From positions 5,545-55,929 of the forward strand of contig CAZLNE010000001.1 in NCBI GenBank assembly GCA_964560975.1: a stretch of DNA of 50,385 bases, in the 5' to 3' direction. Below the pieces are notes generated by a model. That model was not told the origin of the DNA. It did not search any database and saw only the letters and a list, made by a program, of their open reading frames with translations. Every line of letters begins with the position of its first letter. Position 1 is the first letter of the stretch. Below are positions 17,400 through 25,431 of the stretch, one piece after another. Source of the DNA: an uncultured Treponema sp. (lineage in GTDB: Bacteria > Spirochaetota > Spirochaetia > Treponematales > Treponemataceae). Made by a program: the position numbers and the translations under genes.

Positions 17400-18924
17400 A
17401 GTTGTTAATACAATGGTTTTCCAGTTCTTTAGTTACATTATTCCATATTTTTTCTAAAGAATCAGTATATATAGTACCCATTACAAAATGCGAGTCCAAG
17501 GCCGCTGACGGAAGAACAGCTCTGCACATCGGCACAGTACCATCTATAAATATGGACACATCATTTCGTAAGTGCCAGCAGGGATTTCGAGTGACAGGAC
17601 TCAAGTCTGCAACTTTTTTATCAGAAAGCCCGCCTGCAAAATTATCGTACTTTTGGATGATTAATTCGCCGCTTTCCTGGGCCTTCCAGTACCGATAAAA
17701 GGCTTCCAGTTCTGCTTCGTTCTCCTTAAGTCTCATAAATTGCGGATACACAGCACCTGGAAAGTACTTTCTTAGTAATTCAACATTTTTTACTGCCTTG
17801 TTAAGTGTAAATTCATCGCGATGAAGAGATGTATACATTGCTTCAGTTGAAGCATCGACGCTTACAATCCAATATATGCTCTTTTGTCCATTTGTACGTT
17901 CACCGCTTTTCTTAACAAGTGCACTGATTCGTTCTACCTGTGCTTCTGTAAACTCAAACGAACACGTTTCAATAATGAGCGAGAGTTCTTTTTTGGCTAA
18001 AACAAGACTAATAAAGTCTTCTATTTCAGGGTGAAGTAAGGCCTCTCCCCACAAAGATAAGGAGATAACGGCATCTTCACTGTACAAGGAAATTTTTTCA
18101 ATGATATGCGAGAACTTTTCCTTTGATAAAAACTTATCAAGCTGCCTTTCTTGTTTTCCGTTCTGAACTTGATTTAAAAAGGCCGGATACGGACAATATG
18201 TACACGATGAACTGCAGGGTAAAGAAATTTGAATAGCATAAAATGACGGCAATGTTTTAAGAATTTCTGGTGAACTGCAAATTTTTTCAAAACTTTCTTT
18301 GTTTTCTTGCAAGCGGGAAAACATCCTCGTACATGACAGAGTAGTTCTTTTAGTTCCGCAGTGAAACTGCAGGCGTAAGTAACGCAAATCATAAGGTGCT
18401 ATATAGGTTTCAATTTCAAACGAGTTAATATCAGTCTTTAATAGGTCAAAGAAAGTCTCTCTGTGAACTTTTTCTTCGTTTTTTTTACAAATATTCTTAA
18501 GTATACGCACTGTACCGGCATCAATAATTTCTGGAGTTATGCCGTAAGGAAAGCCTTCTGCAAAGGTGTATTCACAGTGATAGGTGTGATGAAGCGAAAC
18601 AATTTCCTTTGTGTATGAGGGATTAAGAAAAGGGCAATCGGCCCAGGCATAGACAGTAGTGGTGAATCCTTCTTTCTGCATGAGTGCATCAATATGATCG
18701 AGCAGCAGGCCGGTATTCCATGAAGGCTCTATGATCTGTTCAATAGGAATTAGAGAAGATACACTTATAGTAAGGTTTTCTTTTGAAAAAACTATAACCT
18801 TCTCTGCTCCTTCTAGGCCAGCAGCCCACTCAACTGATACATCAAAGGCTGATTTTCCATCAAACTCTTTTTTCAACGCATATCCGGTTAAATTTCCGGC
18901 AAATAGTATTACACAGGTTTTCAT
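17350..18924 (-). CDS. Radical SAM enzyme with a C-terminal SPASM-type Cys-rich domain and an N-terminal nucleotidyltransferase-like domain (spiro-SPASM-like)
   Basis: CX3CX2C motif LPCSSSCTYCPYP (18193-18216). C-terminal Cys clusters NPCWHLRNDVSIFIDGTVPMC and CINNYGEKCGKCDEY. The N-terminus MKTCVILFAGNLTGYALKKEFDGKSAF resembles MobA/cytidylyltransferase-type folds. ATG 18924 is preferred over the track start 19020, which would overlap the divergent gene. Confidence 0.8.
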   Translation of the reverse strand: MKTCVILFAGNLTGYALKKEFDGKSAFDVSVEWAAGLEGAEKVIVFSKENLTISVSSLIPIEQIIEPSWNTGLLLDHIDALMQKEGFTTTVYAWADCPFLNPSYTKEIVSLHHTYHCEYTFAEGFPYGITPEIIDAGTVRILKNICKKNEEKVHRETFFDLLKTDINSFEIETYIAPYDLRYLRLQFHCGTKRTTLSCTRMFSRLQENKESFEKICSSPEILKTLPSFYAIQISLPCSSSCTYCPYPAFLNQVQNGKQERQLDKFLSKEKFSHIIEKISLYSEDAVISLSLWGEALLHPEIEDFISLVLAKKELSLIIETCSFEFTEAQVERISALVKKSGERTNGQKSIYWIVSVDASTEAMYTSLHRDEFTLNKAVKNVELLRKYFPGAVYPQFMRLKENEAELEAFYRYWKAQESGELIIQKYDNFAGGLSDKKVADLSPVTRNPCWHLRNDVSIFIDGTVPMCRAVLPSAALDSHFVMGTIYTDSLEKIWNNVTKELENHCINNYGEKCGKCDEYYTFNF

Positions 18925-18949
18925 AGTATGAGTATCGGCAAAAAAAAGC

Positions 18950-18978
18950 TTGCGCAACAGAAAACAGTGAGATACACT
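18950..18978 (+). promoter_or_regulatory. Possible promoter for the alpha-glucosidase/transporter pair
   Basis: TTGCGC (18950-18955), a 17-nt spacer, then TACACT (18973-18978). SD GGAGGGG precedes ATG 19013. Confidence 0.3.
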
Positions 18979-19012
18979 AAAATGAAGTTTTTTTTCACGG
19001 AGGGGAAAAGCT

Positions 19013-20719
19013 ATGACCAAAAACGAAAGTACTTGGTGGAAAGAAAAGGCTGTTTATCAGATTTATCCTAGAAGCTTTTGCGACAGCAATGGTGACGGTA
19101 TAGGTGATATTCCAGGTATTATTTCGAAACTTGATTACTTACAAGATCTAGGCATTGGGGTTATTTGGCTCTCACCGGTGTATTGTTCTCCAAACGACGA
19201 CAACGGATACGACATAAGTAATTATTGTGACATTCAAAAAGAATTCGGCTCACTTAAAGATATGAAAAAGCTTATAAGTGAAGCAAAAAAAAGGGATATC
19301 CGCATTATTATGGATCTAGTAATAAATCATACATCGGATGAACACCCCTGGTTTATCGAAAGCCGCAAAAGTACCGATAACCCCTACCGTGACTATTATA
19401 TTTGGCGGAAAGGAAAAAAAAATCTCAAAAATTCGTCTAAGGTTCATCAAAAACCGCCAAATAACTGGTCAAGTTTTTTTTCGGGTCCTGCCTGGGAATA
19501 CGATGGAACCACAGGAGAATACTATCTCCATCTTTTTTCTAGAAAACAACCCGACTTAAACTACCAAAATCCTAAAGTTCTTGCTGAAATTAAGGAAATA
19601 CTCAAATTCTGGCTAGATATGGGTATTAGCGGTTTCAGATGCGATGTTATAAATGTAATTTATAAAACAAGTCTTGAAGATGGAAAAAGACGGCTTGCGT
19701 TGACAGGCCGTGAACATTATGTTTCTCAGGAAGGTTGCCATAAAATTTTACAAGAACTCAAACGCAGTGTTTTTAGCGGTTATAACTGTTTTACGGTAGG
19801 AGAAACAGTACTGGTCGATACTTCAATGGCCAATGATCTGTGTTCTTCTGAGCGCGGGGAACTCGATATGGTCTTCAGTTTTGAACATATGGATACTGAT
19901 CATATTAATAATAAGTGGTTTAAAATAAAGTTTAAGCCTGATAAATTTACCAAAGTATTAACAAAATGGCAGTCCTGTCTTGACTGGAATGCAAATTATC
20001 TTGAAAACCACGACCAAATTAGAAGTGTTTCCCGTTTTGGAAATGACTCCAAGTATCATCTAGTTTCTGCGAAAATGCTCGCAACACTCCTGTTAACTCT
20101 GAGAGGGACTCCTTTTATTTATCAGGGTGAAGAAATTGGAATGACAAATGCCTATTTTTCAGACATGAGTGAAATTAAGGATGTAGAATCACATTATGTT
20201 TATAACTTAGCTAAAAAAATGCATTTTCCGTCAAGCATCAGATGGAAGATGATTCAAAAATCTACTCGTGATCATGCGCGCACTCCCATGCAGTGGAACA
20301 GCCAGGAAAACGCAGGTTTTTCTCTCAAAGGAAAAGCAGAACCATGGCTTAGAATAAACAGCAACTTTAGAACAATAAATGTAGAAAGACAAACAGCAGA
20401 CGAAAACTCTATTTTATCCTGCTACAAAAAGTTGTTAGTATTGCGTAATAGTAAAAAATCACTTTTGAACGGAAGTTTTTTTGCACTTCCTGCACCAAAA
20501 AATACGTATTGTTTTGAAAGAGAATTAGATAATGAACGATGCCTTGTACTTTGCAACCTATCAGACAGTCAAGTAAAACTTACTAAGCTGCTGCAGACAC
20601 ACATAAAAAACGGCTCAATTCTTTACTCTAATTATTATAGAACCACAGTAAAGGATCTTTCCTGTTTAGACCCTTATGAGGCGGTCATACTAGAATCTAA
20701 TAAAGGAGATGCAAAATGA
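19013..20719 (+). CDS. GH13 alpha-glucosidase (oligo-1,6-glucosidase / trehalose-6-phosphate hydrolase type)
   Basis: WWKEKAVYQIYPRSFCDSNGDGIGDIPGI, DLVINHTSDEH, GFRCDVINV, VGETV and ENHDQIR match GH13 conserved regions I-IV. Confidence 0.9.
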   Translation: MTKNESTWWKEKAVYQIYPRSFCDSNGDGIGDIPGIISKLDYLQDLGIGVIWLSPVYCSPNDDNGYDISNYCDIQKEFGSLKDMKKLISEAKKRDIRIIMDLVINHTSDEHPWFIESRKSTDNPYRDYYIWRKGKKNLKNSSKVHQKPPNNWSSFFSGPAWEYDGTTGEYYLHLFSRKQPDLNYQNPKVLAEIKEILKFWLDMGISGFRCDVINVIYKTSLEDGKRRLALTGREHYVSQEGCHKILQELKRSVFSGYNCFTVGETVLVDTSMANDLCSSERGELDMVFSFEHMDTDHINNKWFKIKFKPDKFTKVLTKWQSCLDWNANYLENHDQIRSVSRFGNDSKYHLVSAKMLATLLLTLRGTPFIYQGEEIGMTNAYFSDMSEIKDVESHYVYNLAKKMHFPSSIRWKMIQKSTRDHARTPMQWNSQENAGFSLKGKAEPWLRINSNFRTINVERQTADENSILSCYKKLLVLRNSKKSLLNGSFFALPAPKNTYCFERELDNERCLVLCNLSDSQVKLTKLLQTHIKNGSILYSNYYRTTVKDLSCLDPYEAVILESNKGDAK

Positions 20720-22089
20720 ACGAAAAGATAATTAAGAAAAACCGATACACCTTCGGAATGGGAACTATTGGACGCGATATGGTCTATTCGATGGTAAGCA
20801 TGTACCTCATCTTTTACCTAACTGATATTTTAAAGCTTAACGACACAGCAATCCTGTATTGTACAAACATAATGCTTGGGGCACGAATTTTTGATGCATT
20901 GAATGATCCAATTATGGGCACCATTGTTGATAATACAAAAACACGCTTCGGCAAATTTAAACCATGGATAGTCTTTGGAGCAATCTTCAGCAGTATTATT
21001 ACAGTTCTCCTTTTCACAGATATGGGTTTAACCGGGAGTAAATACATTGTTGTATTTGGGTTTCTTTATGTTTTCTGGGGCATGGCATTCACCACAAACG
21101 ATATTTCATATTGGTCAATGATGCCGTCGCTCAGTACTTCACAAAAGGAACGTGAAAAAATAGGCGCTATTGCTAGAATCTGTGCAAATATCGGCTTGTT
21201 TTTTGTCGTAAGCGCCATTGTCCCCATTACAAACACTCTTGGTGAAGTTTTCGGCAGTATGAGAACCGCATATATGGTATTTGCAATCGGCATTGTTTTT
21301 ATTCTTCTTGTATTTCAAGCGGTGACAGTATTTGGAGTTAAAGAAGTTGATACTCCAGTAGTGACAAGCGACAGAAAAGAATCCACAAGCCTAAAAGAAA
21401 TGTTTAAAGTTATTTTTAAAAATGATCAGCTTTGCGTAATAGCAATTTCAATGAGTCTCTTTATGATCGGTTACATGACAACAACAAGTTTTGGATTATA
21501 TTTTTTCAAATATGCATTTAAAAATGAGGGTATGTATTCAATTTTTGCAATCATCTTAGGTGTTGCCCAGCTTTCCGCCCTAAGTGTGTTTCCTCTTTTT
21601 AGTAAAAAATATAACAGAAAACAGCTCTACACTGCATCCATCATTCTCGTTTTAATCGGCTACATAGTATTCTTCTTCTCACCAATGAATATGATTCCCA
21701 TAGGCATAGCAGGATTATGCATCTTTTTCGGCCAAGCCTTTATTCAGCTTTTAATGCTCATGTTCCTAGCAGATACTGTTGAATACGGACAATGGAAGTT
21801 AGGTAAACGAAATGAAGGAGTCACATTCTCACTCCAGCCTTTTATAAATAAACTCGGCGGTGCAGTAGGTGCAGGTATTGTAGGTTACGTTGTAGTGCTT
21901 TCAGGAATTAATAGAGCTATAACGCCGGAAGATGTCACTTCTGAAGGATTATTATTATTGAAAATTGCAATGCTTATACTCCCCCTTATTTCAATTATTG
22001 CAGGTTTTATAGTATACTTAACGAAATTCAAGATTGATTCTGTTTTCTTTGATAAAATTGTATCAGATTTGGAAGCCGCAAAAAAATAG
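20716..22089 (+). CDS. Glycoside-pentoside-hexuronide (GPH/MelB-type) cation symporter
   Basis: 457 aa with about 12 TM helices and a MelB-like N-terminus (YTFGMGTIGRDMVYSMVSMYLIFYLTD, DALNDPIMGTIVDNTKTRFGKFKPW). A 4-nt overlap with the glucosidase stop. Confidence 0.85.
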   Translation: MNEKIIKKNRYTFGMGTIGRDMVYSMVSMYLIFYLTDILKLNDTAILYCTNIMLGARIFDALNDPIMGTIVDNTKTRFGKFKPWIVFGAIFSSIITVLLFTDMGLTGSKYIVVFGFLYVFWGMAFTTNDISYWSMMPSLSTSQKEREKIGAIARICANIGLFFVVSAIVPITNTLGEVFGSMRTAYMVFAIGIVFILLVFQAVTVFGVKEVDTPVVTSDRKESTSLKEMFKVIFKNDQLCVIAISMSLFMIGYMTTTSFGLYFFKYAFKNEGMYSIFAIILGVAQLSALSVFPLFSKKYNRKQLYTASIILVLIGYIVFFFSPMNMIPIGIAGLCIFFGQAFIQLLMLMFLADTVEYGQWKLGKRNEGVTFSLQPFINKLGGAVGAGIVGYVVVLSGINRAITPEDVTSEGLLLLKIAMLILPLISIIAGFIVYLTKFKIDSVFFDKIVSDLEAAKK

Positions 22090-22134
22090 GCGTATAGCGC
22101 AATCGTTTAAGCATACAGATAAGGAGTTCTTTAT

Positions 22135-23358
22135 TTGAGCGAAATAAATTTTCAAGACTTCTCATCAATTACCATGACGGTATCTGATCTAACTGGAATA
22201 ATAAAAGAATTACTCGAAGGATCTTTTCCCCTAGTCAATGTTGAAGGTGAAATCTCTAATTACAGACCTTCAAGTACAGGACATATTTATTTTACTCTAA
22301 AAGATGAGCATGCTTCAATTTCTGCAGTACTTTTTAAAGGAAAGTCCCGTTACCTATCATTCACACCGAAAGACGGTATGAAAGTTAGAGCGAAGGGGGC
22401 TTTATCTGTATATACTCAGCGCGGCTCGTATCAGATTGTCATAGATTCGATGGAGGAAACAGGAAGCGGAGATATTTTAAAACTTCTAGAGCAGAGGAAA
22501 AGAGAACTCGCCGAAGAAGGTTTGTTCGATAGTGCAAAAAAACAAAATATTCCATATTTTCCGCGGTGTATTGGTGTAGTAACGAGCCCTACCGGAGCTG
22601 CATTAAGAGACATTCTTCAAATATTGAATCGAAGGAATCCAAAGGTTTCTGTAATTATATTTCCTTGCTCTGTACAGGGAAGCGATGCTGGAAAAACTAT
22701 TGCAAAACAAATTGATATTGCAAATATACATAAACTTTGCGATGTTCTCATCGTAGGCCGAGGCGGAGGCTCACTGGAAGACCTGCTACCCTTTTCTGAG
22801 GAAGAAGTAGTACGCTCAATTGCTGCATCAGCAATACCGGTTATATCAGCAGTTGGACATGAAATAGACTGGGCTCTATCTGACTATGCAGCAGACGTTA
22901 GAGCTCCAACTCCTTCAGCTGCGGCCGAACTTGCGGTTCCGCCGTTGGATGAAATTGAGCAAGTCATTCAAAACTATAAAGAAAGTTTTGAAAGAATAAT
23001 AACGCATAAACTTGAACACACAAAGGCCCTCGTACGCAGTTTTTCGGCAGATAACCTTGAGTTACGGTTTAGAAGCATTGAGCAGCCCATTTTACAGCGC
23101 TTCGATGATGCAAAAGAGAATCTTCTTGATGCTATGAAAACACTCGTACAGGAACGCAGGCAGGCCTTGGAGATGGCGTATCTTAATCTTAAAGCGCTTA
23201 ATCCGCTTGAAATACTGCAAAGAGGATTTTCTGTGGTAACCGATGCGCAAACAGGTAAGGTAATTACCCGCTCAGATCAAACCAGGGCAGGTACAATTCT
23301 TACTATCAAGCTTTATAAGGGTGAAATTAGTGCACAGGTAACCGATTCGATAACATAA
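22135..23358 (+). CDS. xseA: Exodeoxyribonuclease VII large subunit
   Basis: OB-fold N-terminus (VEGEISNYRPSSTGHIYFTLKD), GVVTSPTGAALRDI, and GRGGGSLEDL. TTG start with AAGGAG 8 nt upstream. Confidence 0.9.
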   Translation: MSEINFQDFSSITMTVSDLTGIIKELLEGSFPLVNVEGEISNYRPSSTGHIYFTLKDEHASISAVLFKGKSRYLSFTPKDGMKVRAKGALSVYTQRGSYQIVIDSMEETGSGDILKLLEQRKRELAEEGLFDSAKKQNIPYFPRCIGVVTSPTGAALRDILQILNRRNPKVSVIIFPCSVQGSDAGKTIAKQIDIANIHKLCDVLIVGRGGGSLEDLLPFSEEEVVRSIAASAIPVISAVGHEIDWALSDYAADVRAPTPSAAAELAVPPLDEIEQVIQNYKESFERIITHKLEHTKALVRSFSADNLELRFRSIEQPILQRFDDAKENLLDAMKTLVQERRQALEMAYLNLKALNPLEILQRGFSVVTDAQTGKVITRSDQTRAGTILTIKLYKGEISAQVTDSIT

Positions 23359-23370
23359 CCGGGAGGATAT

Positions 23371-23607
23371 ATGGAATCATTTGAAAAAAGATTAGAACGA
23401 TTAGAAGATTTAAACAGTGCTATAAAAAAAAGCGATATTCCCATGGAAGATGCCTTAAAATTATTCGAAGAAGGCATAAAACTAGCTAAATCTATGGAAA
23501 AAGACCTCGACAAAATTGAAGGTAAAATACAAATTCTTATGAATCAGCCGGCCTCTGTGCAGGAAAAAGCAGAGCTCGATCTATTTTCTGCAATTGATGA
23601 AGATTAA
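23371..23607 (+). CDS. xseB: Exodeoxyribonuclease VII small subunit
   Basis: 78 aa. Reads FEKRLERLEDL...LFEEGIKLAK. It sits immediately after xseA. Confidence 0.85.
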   Translation: MESFEKRLERLEDLNSAIKKSDIPMEDALKLFEEGIKLAKSMEKDLDKIEGKIQILMNQPASVQEKAELDLFSAIDED

Positions 23608-23609
23608 GT

Positions 23610-25415
23610 ATGACGACGTTTGAAAGTGTAAGAGGAATTATAAGACCCGTAAAAAACCTCCCGCCGGAAGTTGCAAGAAAAATTGCTGCAGGAGAAGTTA
23701 TAGACAGGCCGAATGCCGTCGTTCGAGAACTCATGGATAACGCCATAGATGCTGGCGCCGATTCTATTACTGTAGAAATAGCAGGCGGCGGTATAGACAG
23801 TATTTGTGTATCAGACAATGGAATTGGATTATCTAGAGAAGATTTAGTACATTGCGCAAAACCCCATGCGACAAGCAAGATTGAGAGCGAAACAGATTTA
23901 TTAAAACTTTCTACCCTCGGCTTTAGAGGAGAGGCTCTTGCATCCATTGCCGCCGTGAGCAGGCTCGATATTACGTCTCGAAGAATAGACGAAAAACACG
24001 GCTGGCACCTGCACGCTGAAGTTGCACAAGAAAACTCGATAGAACCGGCCATTCTCGAAAAAGGCACTAAGGTGCAGTCGAGCGGTTTATTTGAAAATTT
24101 TCCTGCCCGCAGAGTTTTTTTAAAAAGACCGGCATCTGAGGGGAATCTATGCAGACAAACCTTTATAGAAAAAGCCCTCCCCTTCCCGGATATTGCATTT
24201 CGTTTTACTATGGATAAGTCAAAAATTTTTCTTCCTGCCGGACAATCAAAAAAAGAACGCTTTACACAGGCAATGTCTTTAGAAAACCAGGCTGCTCTTT
24301 TTACTGAATTATACGCCTCAGATCCATCGCTCAATCCGCAATGGAATATATGTATTGTTATTGGAGACACAGAAGTAAACCGAACCGACAAAAAACTAAT
24401 ATACATCTATGTAAATAACCGTAAAATCAATGAATACAGCCTGATACAGGCAGTTGAGTACGGCTGCGAAGGGTATTTTCCAAATGCGCTGCATCCTATT
24501 TGCAGTGTATTTGTTACTATTAATCCGTCCCTCATAGATTTTAATATACATCCTGCCAAACGAGAAGCAAGATTTAAGGATATTGGACCTATTCATCACG
24601 CAGTTAGTTCAACTCTTCGATCTTTTTTCCGGGGACACGCCCTTTCATCGAGTACAATTAGCATTCAAGAGCAGGATTTCCTCCAAAAAGAAGAATCTTT
24701 TATACCAAGTACTATGTCGTCAATGATACACAAGTCTTATTCCTACTCTTCACTGATGCAAAAAGGATTTAAGCATACCTCAGAATCTGCAACACCAGCT
24801 GCACTGCCTGATCAGCACACATCGGCGTTTTCTCACCCCTCACCTTTATCAAACAATGTACCGTATAAGAAAGACGATTTTACGTTTTTTGGTACCTTTG
24901 AAACGCTCTTTTTGCTCGTGGAAAAAGATGGACAACTTTACATAATCGATCAACATGCAGGCCACGAACGGGTTCTCTTTGACCGCTTTATAAGTACTTA
25001 TGGCAAAAGACAGGAACTGTTAATTCCATATAAAATCGAAACAGCGCGCGACGAAGATGACACCTACCTCGCATCCATTGCACCTGAGCTTGAAAAGGCA
25101 GGATTTTCTATTTTTCAGACTGATAAAGGTGTGTGGGAAATTCACAGCGTTAATTCACATTGGCAGGGAAATGAAAAGGACTTTGAAAAAGATATTTTAG
25201 AAAAAAAAATAGAACCCAAGGATATTATTAGAACAATAGCTGCCTCTACTGCATGCAGAACTGCAGTTAAAGACCAGGATTATATTGATACTGACACTGC
25301 CATACAGCTCATTCGTGACGTTTTTGCACTTAAAGATCCTCATTGTCCGCATGGAAGACCCATTTGGACAATAATTACAAAAGAAGAACTATTCGAGCGG
25401 GTCAAACGAACTTAG
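23610..25415 (+). CDS. mutL: DNA mismatch repair protein MutL
   Basis: GHKL ATPase motifs (VARKIAAGEVIDRPNAVVRELMDNAIDAGA, GFRGEALASI) and a C-terminal dimerisation/endonuclease region (DQHAGHERVLF). Confidence 0.93.
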   Translation: MTTFESVRGIIRPVKNLPPEVARKIAAGEVIDRPNAVVRELMDNAIDAGADSITVEIAGGGIDSICVSDNGIGLSREDLVHCAKPHATSKIESETDLLKLSTLGFRGEALASIAAVSRLDITSRRIDEKHGWHLHAEVAQENSIEPAILEKGTKVQSSGLFENFPARRVFLKRPASEGNLCRQTFIEKALPFPDIAFRFTMDKSKIFLPAGQSKKERFTQAMSLENQAALFTELYASDPSLNPQWNICIVIGDTEVNRTDKKLIYIYVNNRKINEYSLIQAVEYGCEGYFPNALHPICSVFVTINPSLIDFNIHPAKREARFKDIGPIHHAVSSTLRSFFRGHALSSSTISIQEQDFLQKEESFIPSTMSSMIHKSYSYSSLMQKGFKHTSESATPAALPDQHTSAFSHPSPLSNNVPYKKDDFTFFGTFETLFLLVEKDGQLYIIDQHAGHERVLFDRFISTYGKRQELLIPYKIETARDEDDTYLASIAPELEKAGFSIFQTDKGVWEIHSVNSHWQGNEKDFEKDILEKKIEPKDIIRTIAASTACRTAVKDQDYIDTDTAIQLIRDVFALKDPHCPHGRPIWTIITKEELFERVKRT

Positions 25416-25431
25416 AACCTGACTATACATA

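Noticed and set aside
18925-18955. Possible fifth leaderless start for the SPASM operon (GATACT 6 nt from ATG 18924, with palindromic TTGCGCAA shared as the -35 by both divergent promoters)
   Set aside because: The -35 to -10 spacing is only 15 nt on the minus strand and the hexamer is weak. This is too speculative to list as a feature.
24001-24015. TGGCAC-like sequence resembling a sigma54 -24 element
   Set aside because: The -12 GC is offset by one position from the GG-N10-GC rule. The site is also in the middle of the mutL coding sequence with no downstream gene start.
23537-24406. 289-aa ORF antisense to mutL
   Set aside because: It lies entirely inside the well-supported mutL CDS on the opposite strand. 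Its composition is Ser/Ala/Phe/Cys-rich and low in complexity, with no recognisable motif. It is a typical shadow ORF.
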